From NCBI RefSeq assembly GCF_009914755.1, contig NC_060947.1: a DNA stretch of 64,000 nt. One strand, written 5' to 3'. Origin of the DNA: the human T2T-CHM13v2.0 reference genome, Homo sapiens. The notes under the pieces were generated by a model. It did not search any database, had not been told where the DNA came from, and saw only the letters and a list, made by a program, of their open reading frames with translations. The number at the start of each line of letters is the position of its first letter. The stretch's first letter is position 1. The translations under genes were made by a program, and so were the position numbers. Below are positions 29,140-43,245 of the stretch, one piece after another.

Positions 29140-30055
29140 TGTGTTGTTCCCCTTTATGTGTCCATGTGTTCTCATCATGTAGTTCCCAATTATAAGTGAG
29201 AACATGTGGTATTTGGTTTTTTATTCCTGCATTAGTTTGGTATAAATAATGGCCTCCAGCTTCATCCATGTTCCTGCAAAAGGCATGATCTCAAGCGTTT
29301 TTATTTCTGAACAGTATATCATGGTATATATGTACTACATTTCCTTTATCCAGTCTACCATTGATAGGCATTTAGGTTGATTCTATGTCTTTGCTATTGT
29401 GAATAGTGTAACAATGAACTTACGTGTGCATGTGTCTTTATGATAGAATGGTTTATATTCCTTTAGGTATACACACAGTAATGGGATTGCTGGGCCTAAT
29501 AATATTAATGGTTTTGGGTCTTTGAGGAATCACCACACTGTCTTCCATAATGGCTGAACTAATTTACACTCCCACCAACAGTGTATAATATGTATTCCTT
29601 TTTCTCTGCAACCTCGCCAGCATCTGTTATTTTTTGACTTTTACTAGCCATTCTGACATGGGACATAGAATCTTGTGATATTCATTTGCAATTCTCTAAT
29701 TATCAGTGATATTGCGCTTCTTTTTATATGATTCTTGGCTGCATGTCTTCTTTTGAAAAGTGTCTGTTCACGTACTTTGCCTACTTTTTTATGAGGTTGT
29801 TAGTTTTTTCTTGTAAATTTATTTAAGTTCCTTATAGATATTGGCTATTAGACTTTATCAGATGCATAATTTTCAAAAATTTTCTCCTATTCTGTAGACT
29901 GTTTACTGTGTTGATAGCTTCCTTTGCTGGGCAGAAGCTATTTAGTTTAATTAGATCCCATTTGTCAATTTTTGCTTATATTACAATTGCTTTGGTATCT
30001 TCATCATGAAATCTTTGCCCATGTCAACATCCTGAATGGTATTGTCTAAGTTTTA

Positions 30056-30178
<123 letters not shown>

Positions 30179-30562
30179 CTAGCAGCATTTATTGAATAGG
30201 GAATTCTTTCCTCATTGCTTGTTTTTGTCAGATTTGTCAATGATCTGATAGTTACAGGCTCATGTTCGTATTTCTGGGTTCTCTATTCTGTTCCATTGGC
30301 ATTTGTGTCTGTTTTTATACCAGTACCATGATATTTTGGTTACTGTAGCCCTGTAGTATATTTTGAAGTCAGGTACTGTGATGTTTCCAGTTTTGTCCTT
30401 TTTATTAGGATTTTCTTGGCTATTCAGGCTCTTTTTTTCATTCCATATGAATTTTAAAATAGATTTTTTCTAATTTGGTGAAGAAAGTTAAGAGTAGTTT
30501 AATGGGAGTATCATTGAATCTGTAAATTGCTTTGGGTAGTATGGCCATTTTAACGATATTGA

Positions 30563-30910
<348 letters not shown>

Positions 30911-30928
30911 CATCTCTGATTTCTTTGA

Positions 30929-31498
<570 letters not shown>

Positions 31499-32582
31499 TG
31501 AACTTCCTCTATTCCTATTTGGCTGCCCTTTCTTTCTTTCTTTTGCCTGATTGCGCTGGTCAGGATATCTAACACTATGTTGACTAGTATTTGTGAGAGA
31601 GGGCATTCTTGTCTTATGCTCGTTTTCAACGGGAATGCATCCAGGTTTTGCCCATTTAGTATGATTTTGGCTGTGGGTTTTTCATAGATGGCTCTTATTA
31701 TTTTGAAGTATTTTTCTTCAATACCTAGTTTGTTGTGAGTTTTTAACATTAATGGATGTTGAATTTTATCAAAAGTCTTTTTTTCATTTATTGAGATCAT
31801 CGTCTGTTTTTTGTCTTTAGTTCTATTTATGTGATGAATCACATTTATTGATTTGCACATGTTGAATCAACCTTGCATCCTGGGGAAAAAGCCTCCTTGA
31901 TCATGGTGGATAAGCTTTTTGATGTGCAGCTGTATTTGGTTTGCCATTATTTTGTTGCAGATTTTTGCATCGATTTTCGCATTGATTTTCATCATGAACA
32001 TTGGCCTGAAGTTTTCATTTTTTGTTGTGTCTCTGCCAGGTTTTTGTATCAGCATGATCCTGGGCACATAGAATGCTTTAGAGAGGAGTCACTCCTCCTC
32101 AATTTCTTGTAATAGTTTTAGCAGGAATGGTACCAAATCTTTGTACATCTGGCAGAATTCAGCTGTGAATCTGTCTCATTCTTGGCTTTTTTTGGTTGGT
32201 AGGCTATTTATTTCCTACTCAATTTCAGAGCTTGTTATTAGTCTGTTCGGGGTTCGATTTCTTATTGGTTAATCTTGGGAGGCTGTATGTGTCCAGGAAT
32301 TTATCCATTTCTTCTAGATTTTCTATTTTGTGTTCATAGAGGTGTTTATAATACTCTCTGATGGTTATTTGCATTTCTGTGAGGTCAGTGTTATTATCCC
32401 GCTTGTCGTTTCTGACTATGTTTATTGTTTATTTGAATCCTCTCTCTTTTCTTCTTTATGAGTCTAGTTAGTAGTCTATTTTATTTTATTTTTCAAAAAA
32501 CCCAGCTCTTGGTTTGTTGATCTTTTGAAGTTTTTTGTGTTCATCACTATCTCCTTCAGTTTAGCTCTGATTTTGGTTATTT

Positions 32583-32890
32583 ATTTTTATTTTTATTTTT
32601 TATTTTTTGAGACAGAGTCTTGCTCTGTCACCCAGGCTGTAATGCAGTGGCACAATCTCAGCTCAGTGCACCCTCTGACTTCCGGATTCAAGTGATTCTC
32701 TTGCTTCAGCCTCCTGCATGGCTGGCACTGCAGGCACATGCCACCACCTCTAGCTTATTTTTTTATTTTTAGTAGAGATGCAGTTTCACCATGTTGCCCA
32801 GGCTGTTCTCGAACTCCTGACCTCAAGTGATCTGCCTGCCTTGGCCTCCCAAAGTGCTGGTATTACAGGTGAGAGCTACAGCACCCAGCC
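32583..32890 (-). mobile_element. Alu (S/Jb-like), first of a tandem pair
   Basis: Full dimer with (TTTTTA)n tail. Confidence 0.9.
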
Positions 32891-32906
32891 TTCATTTTGG
32901 TTATTT

Positions 32907-33218
32907 TTTATTTTTTTATTTTTTATTTTTATTTTTTGAGACAGAGTGTAACTTGGTTACCCAGGCTGGAGTGTAGTGGCATGTTCTTGGCTCACTACAA
33001 CCTCCATCTCCTGGGTTCAAGCAATTCTTGTGCCTCAGGGTCTCAAGTATCTGGGATTACAGGTGTGCACCACCACATCTGGCTAATTTTTGTATTATTA
33101 GTACAGATGGGGTGTCACAATGTTGACCAGGCTGGTCTCAAACTCCTAAGCTCTAGTGATCAGCCCGCATCGTCCTCCAAAGTGCTGGGATTACATACAC
33201 TAGCCACCGTACCCAGCC
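32907..33218 (-). mobile_element. Alu (S/J-like), second of a tandem pair
   Basis: Full dimer with T-rich tail, more diverged. Confidence 0.9.
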
Positions 33219-33372
33219 GATTTTAGTTATTTCTTGCCTTCTGCTATCTTTGAAATTTGTTTGCTCTTGGATCTCTAGCTATTTTAGGTTTTTAAATTGA
33301 GTTCTTTCTAACTTCTTGATGTGGGCATTTAGTACTATAAATTTCCTCTTAACTCTGGGTTAGCTTTTTCTA

Positions 33373-33468
<96 letters not shown>

Positions 33469-35909
33469 TTATTATTTACCCCAAATTCATTCAGGAGTAG
33501 GTTATTCCATTTCTATGTAGTTGCATGGTTTTGAGTGAATTCTCTTATTCTTATTTTTAATTTCTAATTTGATTGTATTGTGGTCCAAGTGATTGTTTTC
33601 ATTTCAGTTCTTTTGCATTTGCTGAGGAATGTTTTACTTCAAATTATTAAAATTCATTAAAATTAATATCGATTTTAGAGTATGTGCCATGTGGCAATGA
33701 GAAGAATGTATATTCTGCTGCTTTCGGGTGGAAAGTTCTGTAGATATCTATGAGGTCCATTTGATCCAGTGCTGAGTTCAGATGTTGAATATATGTGTTA
33801 ATTATCTGTCTTGATGATCTGCCTAATCTTTTCTGTCAGTGGGGTGTTAAAGTTTCCCACTATTACTGTGTGGGAGTCTAAATCTCTTTGAAGGTCTCTA
33901 AGAACTTGGTTTATGTATCTGGGTGCTCCTGTGTTAGGTGCACATATATTTATAACAGATTTTCCTGTTTAATTGAATCATTTATTATTATGTGATGCTT
34001 TTATTTATCTTTTTTGATCTTTGTTGGTTTAAATTATGTTTTGTCCAAAACATGATTATACCAGCTGAGAGGTAAGCTCAACTGTTAGCTTCCCCTCCTG
34101 ATAAACTCAAAAGACTGCTTGGTTGTATGATTACTGTTGATCATCCTTATTGGAGAAAAAAAAACAAAAAGCCAAAAAAAAAAAAAAAAACCAAACAACA
34201 ACAACTCAAGACTGACACTCTTTGGACTATTTGTAGTGTTCCTTATTCATGCCAATATTATTTTATGAGAATACTTGGACAATTCTTAATATAATCTTCT
34301 GGATAAAATCAATGTAAAGATCCAAAATGATGCACAAAATGGAACTTTTAAAAATTATTATATCTTGTTAATTTCTCACATTATAGAGTTGGTTATTTTT
34401 AGAGATCTGTTAAAGCTGTAATAAAAGAAAATACAGACTAACGTAATAGCAACTATGTAGGTCTTTGTCACTTATCTAGATGGCACTTTGCTGAAGTTGC
34501 AGTTATTACATAAATATATACATTTTTGTACTGGATCAAATCTGAAGAATTGGCCCTAATTTAAAAAGTAAATACCTCTATTTGCTGCTGTTGTGAAGAG
34601 CAGTTGGCTGTTTCTCAGTCTCTACAATATTCCCACAGGACAAGGACATTTATAAGTATTTCTATAATAGGCACATATTCACATAATAATTTGAGAAGTG
34701 GGAATTTCAGAAGACTAATTTGTTTCTCTGAGGTTCAGGTGAATTTTACTAGTAAGTTGCATTTCTACAAAACTACAGAGAAGTCTTAACATGTTCATCT
34801 ATAAACAACTACAAAAATGCAAGCTACCTTGTGGATCACAGAAGAAATTAGTAGATTTTTTAAGTAACCTATGTGTCACTTCAATTATTCTTTTTTCGGT
34901 GAATATTTTACAGTGAATAAGCCCCAGTCTTTGAGACTAAGTCAGCAAAACTATCCTAATGATGATCACCTCAATCTATACTATACTTGGGAAGAGCATT
35001 ATCTACTGTACTACGATTTATTGCTGTGCTTTGAGTCATTTCTTTGCATAGTTAAGCTGCTACCAATTGTTTCAGCATAGGAATGTCTTCCAAAAATATA
35101 TCTGAAGTATGTTGTGCCAACTCACCTGGCATGGTGGCAAGAAGGAGCAGAGAAAGATGTTCTATAGTAATATGAACATGTTCCACAACACTGGAAGAAT
35201 ATGGATAGTAGAGAAGAAAAAATCTTGTGAAATGCAGAAATTTGTGTGAAGTCCCTTGTGTCGTGTATCTCAATGTATTGAATCATGTCTTTATATACTG
35301 AGGATATCTTGTCCTGATGCATTCTGGTGATCCCTGAAAAAAAAATGGTAGAAAGAACATACTAAAAATTAAAGAAAAGATAAATTTTGAATAGAGGAAA
35401 TGAAGTTTTTTGTCGTCCAAATTAATATGAAGGAGGGAATCAAATAAACATAATGAAGAAAAGATTCATTTTTTGCTCCTTTTATATGAAATGCTGATAT
35501 CTTTGACACTAATCAAAACTCAGCTCTACAATGAAGATTAGAAGACAAGCTGTGTGTCTTCAATTTAAAGGAATTTACAAATACTGTACAGGAAAACTTT
35601 GAAATGCCATGAAATCTTATAGCTCATGAATATAATTCAATACAGGTTTCACCCAAATTGACAAAAATTCTAAATGTTTACTCGGCCTTAAAATAAACAG
35701 GTCTTGAAGCTAAAACAAACTTTCAAAAAATATCCATAATGTAAAAACTAATTTTAATCAACCATGTTACAAGGAGACTTATTTGTCTTTCTAATCTTTC
35801 TATACAAAATGTTGTTCAAATATGATTTTTCTATGAAGAGTCAAAGAGTATGGCATTGTTTCTGAATATGCTAATTTTCTTCTATTTTGATACTTGTGTT
35901 ATTTGTAGC

Positions 35910-37636
35910 TTTTCAAAATGTTAGATTAAGGAGATAAATGAGCAGGTTTCTTACTTGGGTATATTGTGTGATGCTGAGGTTTTGACTTCTAATGATCTCA
36001 TGGCCCAAATAGTGAACATAGTACCCAACAGGTAGTTTTTCAATCCTTGTCCCCCTTCCTCATTCCTCCTCTTTTGGAATCCTCAGTATTTATCATTCCC
36101 ATCTTTGTGTTCATCTGTATCCAGTATTTGGCTCCCACTTTTAAGTGAAAACATGTGGCATTTGTTTTTTTGTTTCTGTATTAATTCACTTAGGATAATG
36201 GCCTCCAGCTACATCCATGTTGTTTCAAAGGACATGACGTCATCCTTTTTTATTGCTGCATATTATTCCACAGTGCATATAGGCCATATTTTCTTTATCC
36301 AATCCACTGGTGACAAGCACCTGGGATGATTCTGTTACCGGGGGTCCTTGCTCACAGAGCTCCCAAGATGGTGGTGAGCTGCTTCCAAGATGATGGCAAG
36401 CCTCGTGTTCTCTGACCTGGGGTTCTTGGCCTGACGGATTCCAAGGAATGGAATCTTGGGCCATGTGGTGAGTGTTATAGCTCTATTAGAAGCCGTGGGT
36501 CACGGAAGAGAACCGTGGAACCCAGTGACTAGTGTTCAGCTCGATTAGGATGAACCCAGGCACTTAGCCATGCAGGAACAATGGCAAGCCTTTAGCCCGA
36601 TCAGGAGTGGCAATGGGCGCCTTGCTGGATCAGGAGCACAGTGAACACCCTGCCGGATCCAGAGAGATGGAAGTCAGTGGTGGGTCTGTGACAGTGGCAA
36701 ACAGCAGTCGTGGACAACGAGCGAAAGCTCAGGTCAAGCCATAACAAACACGGACCAGAAGAGTGCAGTTGCAAGATTTAATAGAGTGAAATAGAGTGAA
36801 AACAGAGCTCCCATACAAAGGGAGGGGACCCAAAGGGGGTTGCCATTGCTGGCTCGAATGCCTGGGTTTCTATCTCGATCATTGGCCCTCCCGCTGTGCT
36901 CTCAGGCAACAGGCAACAGATGATTGGCTATTTCTTTACCTACTGTTTTTGCCTAATTAGCATTTTAGTGAGCTCTCCTTACTATCTGATTGGTCGGGTG
37001 TGAGCTAAGTTGCAAGCCCTGTGTTTAAAGGTGGAAGAGGTCACCTTCCCAGCTAGGCTTAGGGATTCTTAGTCAGCCTAAGAAATCCAGCTAGTCCTGT
37101 CTCTCAATTCCATGTCTTTGCTACTGTAAATAGTACTGTGAAAAACATGTGAGGGCAGGTGTCTTTTTGGTAGAACAATTTATTTTCCTGTGAGTATATA
37201 CTCAATATTGAGATTGCTGGGTCTAATGATAGTTCTAGTTTTAGTTCTTTGAAAAATCACTGTTTCTCATAGATGTTGAACTAATTTACATTTCCACAAG
37301 CAGTATATAATCATTCTATTTTCTCTGCAACCTCACCAATATCTGTTATTTTTTGACTTTTTAATAATTGCCATTCTGACTGGTGTGAGATAGCATCTCA
37401 TTGTGGTTTTGATTTCCATCTCCCTGATTATTAGTGAGCATTTTTTCATATGTTTGTTATTGAGAAGTATCTATTCTTTTGATAAGTACCTGTTCATGTC
37501 CTCTGCCCACTTTTTAATTAGGTTATTTCTTTTTCTTGTTGATTTGTGTAAGTTTCTTGTAGATTCTGAATATTTTGCCTTATTCAAATTATGCATAGTT
37601 TGCAAAATTTTTCTCCTATTCTATAGGTTGTCTGTT
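35910..37636 (-). mobile_element. L1PA15/16-like 3' fragment interrupted by LTR17
   Basis: gggtatattgtgtgatgctgaggttt...atagtacccaacaggtagttttt 3' UTR; L1 resumes after the LTR (catgtctttgctactgtaaatag). Confidence 0.85.
36333..37106 (-). mobile_element. HERV-W solo LTR (LTR17), full length 774 bp
   Basis: Minus strand starts TGAGAGACAGGACTAGCTGGATTTC...AAGAATCCCTAAGCCTAGCTGGGAAGGTGACC and ends ...GGTAACA; 4-bp TSD attc at 36329-36332 and 37107-37110. Confidence 0.95.
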
Positions 37637-37959
37637 AAAATGTGTAATTTCTTATCATATATTTTCTTATTCTACATAAGTATTTACTTTTATATCTAAT
37701 TTATTAACCATTTTGCATTCTTTCTCTTGAATACTTCTCTTTGAAGTGGACTCTTATATTGAACAAATTTCAGTCCTCTCAAAATCTAGATGATCTCTGG
37801 CAAAACTGTATTCTTGGAAGGAGAAGAAATGAGTATAGTCCTGGCTTTACTCTGCTGTTGACTTGGTTTTTGACCCAAAAGAAGTTATTTAACCTAACGA
37901 GGCCTCTTTTACAATAACTTTAAAATAAAGCTATAGCTTTTAAGGACCCTTTTATCATG

Positions 37960-38609
37960 CTGACAATCTGGAATTTTTCCTAAGCCTCATGCTCTCAGGA
38001 AACAACTCAAGTTAAAACGATCCTATCATTTTTTTGTTTTGCAAAATGGATTACTGGAAAGAACCATCCTTCCTCATATGACTTTGATAAGACTCAACAA
38101 TGGCCGCTTCCTTGCTTAACTGATAACAAGACTCCATAAAGTCCCTCCAAATCCCTTTTTTTTTTTGCCTTATAAATGATTGGCTGAAATGTTTTATCCA
38201 CAAAGATCAACGGGAATAAAATACCTGTTAACGCAACTTAGGCTTCTTTCCTTCCTCCAGACCCCTGTACATTGGTCTATCCTCAGCCTGAGACAACAGG
38301 GAAACCCTCCTCATAATAGTCTGGCCTCAGGGTAAAACATTCTGTGATCTACTATTGTCTCATACCACCCTTTCATCCTACTTCCCCCACACTGGGGTTC
38401 TTTCAAGCCTTGTTTTCTTCTCTCTGTAAGAAAAAAAACAAAAACAAAAACAAACAAACAAAAAACCATTTCTGCCTAATTCTTGAAACACTGGCAGACC
38501 TTACAGTCAGCATTCACCCTACTCCAGTAGTCCTTCTCCCCTCCCTTGCAATAATCCTTTTGAATAAAAGTCTCTCCTTACTCATTCTGGATTTGCTTTT
38601 TATTTGGCA
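37960..38609 (+). mobile_element. ERV1 solo LTR (MER67/MER31-like)
   Basis: 3' end ttttgaataaaagtctctcctta...tttttatttggca is typical of this LTR group; 5' boundary uncertain. Confidence 0.55.
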
Positions 38610-39982
38610 ATGCAAAAAATGTGCCTGTTAAAGGGTTAGAGAAATGAAGCCAGCATGTTATCTGAAAATCTCAAAATTCTACTCTTTTTATGAGTGAAGC
38701 TACTGAACAAGTAAACAGCATAGTTCTCTTAACCCAATATTTAATCAGTTTTATACACTGAAAAGGCTCCATTTATGGCTGAGTCTTTTATTAAAACCAG
38801 TTGTACAATGAATGCCTATCTAAACATTGTGCATTATCACAAGAAGAGCTTTTCTGAATTGCAAATTTCATGAAAGCTTGTGTTATGCTATCCCTGTATA
38901 ACTAATGTAACATTTGGGAACAAATATATTTCTTTTATAACAAAATTCAAATGTTGAAATAGCTTAAATATCCTCAGAAATAGAGTACTATTCTCTGCAT
39001 TTCTCTGTGGTGAAATTCTCTAGATGTCCTGTAAATGGCACTTCCGACAGCAAAGTTTTGAAAGCGTTAAGCACCCCTGGAAAGCCAGATCACAAAACAT
39101 ACAAAAGGATATTAAAACACAGAAACTTTAAACATATTAGTGTTAGAAACTTTGTTTTAACTAGGTACTTTCTCTTATTTTGCTCCTGTGCGTATCAGTT
39201 GCAAAACGTTCACACCACCTACAGCAATCTTAGACGAAAGGATTTAAAGTAAGCATGTCAATAGTGGTTCACAAAGCAATTAAAATATATATATATGATT
39301 TCTTATCTTTAAAATAATTTTAGATGGTGTTTTAATCTTTGTTAGAAAGTACAGAAGACACTTTTTTTTGTTTTCTTTTAATTTTTTTTACATGTATTTG
39401 TTTGTAAATCTTCTGTCTCGACTAGACCAAGAGCTACTTACTGGCAGAAAATAATTTTAATTTCTCTCTGGCTCAGTATTGAGCAGAGGCTGATAAATGT
39501 TTGGGACAGAAGGACAAAAGATATTTCACTCTGTTCACTTGCATTCTTCTTACTTTTTCTAAGTATTTTTCTCCTTTTACTGCTGCTTTCTCTGTTTTTG
39601 CAAAATATTTCCAATACATGAAAGAGCATTCCTTAGAATACATGCCCAGTTTAAAAACCACAGAGGAAATATGTAATTATATACCCATCACTGAGATTAA
39701 AATACAAGATTAACTATTATATCTAAAACCCTTGAATATCTCTCTCAAATTGAGCCCTCTTTTGCACTCTCAGCTGTAACCACTAATCTAAAACTTATTT
39801 TAATTATTCTTTGCTTCACTTTATAATTCTTCCACATGTAAATATATCCTTAAACCATATATCATCTAATTTTACTTGCATTTGACAGTAACATAAATAG
39901 AATTATACTGCACTTGGTTGTTTGACTGAACATGAGTCATTGAGATTCATTGTGAGGTACATTCATCTTCCTTTTGTATGGC

Positions 39983-40151
39983 TCAGCTACACAAAGTGTG
40001 TTCCCATTCCCTGGACCAACAACATTGAGATCACCCAGAAATTTGTTAGAAATGTAGAATCTTTGGCACCACTATCAAATCCTTGAGTACAAATTTCATT
40101 TAACAAGATTCCCAGGAGATGCACACTTACAGTAATATTTGAAAATCACTT
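39983..40151. mobile_element. hAT-Charlie MITE (MER5A-like)
   Basis: caaagtgtg...atcacccagaaatttgttagaaatgtagaatct...cattttaacaagattcccagg...tttgaaaatcact. Confidence 0.8.
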
Positions 40152-40237
40152 CATTGTTTGATTATAGCATAATATATTCATTATATTGTTTGTATAATAT
40201 CGTTGACGTTAATTGTCTTGTCTGTGATACTTGGTTG

Positions 40238-41310
40238 ATTTCATTTATTTTCCATAAAAATCTCTTTATTTATTCAACAAATATATATTATGTGCTTACT
40301 ACATGCCAAGCATTGAAATAAATGCTTAGGATCCTTCAGAGAATAAAACAGAAAAAAATCCTGCTTTTGTGGTGCTTACGTTCTAATGAGGGTAAAAGGC
40401 GAAAATCATATATAATAAACGTATTTTATGTTATAAAGTGATAAGCGCTTGCTATAGATGGAATTGTGACCCCCAAAATTTATATGTTAAAGCGTTAACA
40501 CCCACAACATCAGATGTAATAATATTTGGAGTTAAGGTCTTTAAATTGGTAATTAAATTAAAACAAGTCTGTAAGGATAGTTCCTTATACAATCCAACTG
40601 GTTTCCCTATGAGAAAAGGAGATTGGGACACAGAGACAGACACCAGGGATAAGCAATCACACAGGAAAGGCTACTGAGTGCCGCAAGAGGTTGGCTCTCT
40701 GAGGGCTAAGGAGAGAAGCCTCAGAAAAAAAAATCAACTTTGCTAACATCTTGACCCTGGATTTCTGCCTCCAGAACTGTGAGAAAATGAATTTCTGTTG
40801 GCTAAGCCACACAATCTGTGACGTTTTGTTATGGTGGCCCTGGCAAACCAATACAGTGCTTAAATAAAGAAGCAAGATAAGATGGATGGGAGTGCCAGGA
40901 ATGGGGATGAGAACAATTTTAAGTAGAGTGGTCAGAATAAATTGCATTGACAAGGTGTCCTTTGATCAAAACCCAAAAGGTGTTAAATGAATTTCATGAG
41001 GCTCCAGTCATAGGGTGAAAAATGCAAGTAGGGAGTGTTTAGTGGATATTTTCATGGGAGAGCAAAAAAGTCAGTATAGCTGGAAGAAAAGTGAACAAGA
41101 GGGAGAACAGTGGGAGATGAGTTCAGAGAACTAACAGGACTTTGGTTTTTAATGCAACTGAAATGGGGAGATATTGCAGTTTTAGCAGACGTGTAATATG
41201 ACATTTGTAAAGTACCATTCTGGTTGCTGTGTGGAGGTATAATGCAGACAGCAAAAGGTGAAGCAGTGGGACCAGGTAGGGCTAAATTTCTGAAAGTCAA
41301 TAAGACAAAT
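40238..41310 (-). mobile_element. L2a 3' fragment interrupted by MLT1B
   Basis: ttattcaacaaatatatatta...gtgcttactacatgccaagcattg; resumes after 40860 (cattctggttgctgtgtggag). Confidence 0.75.
40450..40855 (+). mobile_element. MaLR solo LTR (MLT1B-like)
   Basis: tgctatagatggaattgtgacccccaaaatt ... gccctggcaaaccaataca; TSD gcgct / gtgct. Confidence 0.88.
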
Positions 41311-41432
41311 AATTTGCATATAAATTATCATTATTAATATTATCTTAATAGAATTAAGATACTAGGAAGAAAAAAAGTGAAAAGCTGAAATTATATATTT
41401 GCAACAAATGATCTGCCAAAAGATCATTACTA

Positions 41433-41505
41433 TAGGTTGGTGCAAAAGTAATTGAGATTTTTGCCATTAAAAGTACAAAAATCACAATTACTTTTGCACC
41501 AAACA
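41433..41505. mobile_element. MADE1 (Hsmar1-derived MITE, miR-548-type hairpin)
   Basis: taggttggtgcaaaagtaattg...caattacttttgcaccaa inverted TIRs, TA on both sides. Confidence 0.95.
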
Positions 41506-42056
41506 TAGTAATGACCTTTCAGCAGATTATTTCTTGCAAATATATACTTCCAGCCTGTCACTTTTTTTTTTCTTTCTGGTATCTTAATTTTAAGGCCTGA
41601 TTTTTGTTTTATGTTTAACCCTTTTTGTGTCTTGCTTATGAAACCTTCCCCAATTCAAGACCATGAAGCTACTTTTTTCTTAAAAGCTTTAAAACTTAAT
41701 TGTACAGATATGTTATTATTTCACCTGGAATTAAATTTTGTATATAGTTTTAGGTAAAGAATTCATTTTATTTTATTTTTCCACACAACCAATTGTCTAG
41801 CACCATTTTTCAAATAGTGCAGTTAATACTTATCTGCAATGCCGGCTCTGTCATATATAAAGTTTATGTAAATGTTTGGTCTATTTATGAGCTTTTTTAT
41901 TAGATTTGTTGGTCAGTTTGTCGATTCTGGCTAATTCCACATTGTCTTAATCTACCTTTTAAATAAATCTTTATTTCTGTTATGTCTCCAACTTTGTTCT
42001 TAACAGTGGTTTATTCTTTTTTCTTTACATTCACGTAATTTTTAGAATAAATTTCT
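41506..42056 (-). mobile_element. Old L1ME ORF2 fragment
   Basis: Antisense L1-like runs (cacctggaattaaattttgtatatag, ccaattgtctagcaccatt). Confidence 0.6.
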
Positions 42057-42760
<704 letters not shown>

Positions 42761-43057
42761 GTGTCGTTACCCAATTGTATAATAAATCTGTTACCAGACA
42801 CTGCATCACAGTTCCTCTCTCCCTATTAACCTAGGTACTACTTCTAGGACATAATGGATTACAAGCCTAGGTGACTAGCAGCACTCAATAGAAACAGGCT
42901 TGTTTTGTAAACATCTGAAAGTCTGAGAAAGCTCAACTTGAGTAGTAAAAGGTTGAAACCATGTAACCATGAAGTTATAATTTGTGTTATTACACTTTTA
43001 CTTCTCCGCCTCCTCTGCTTCATTGTTATTTTCATTATGTCATTAATACAACAGAAG

Positions 43058-43245
43058 TAAATAACATTTATTGAGTGTTGAGTACTTCTTTAATTACTTT
43101 AGATATATTTTGCCTAATCTTCTTTATACTCCTATAGGATATATAATGATAACTACTTTAACATATGAGAAATGAGGATCAGAGAGGTTAAGTAGAGTGT
43201 CCACATTCAGGTACCTGGGAAAGGAGTGAAATACAGAATTAAGAT
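43058..43245 (-). mobile_element. MIR
   Basis: aacatttattgagtg ... atgagaaatgaggatcagagaggttaagt MIR core. Confidence 0.7.
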
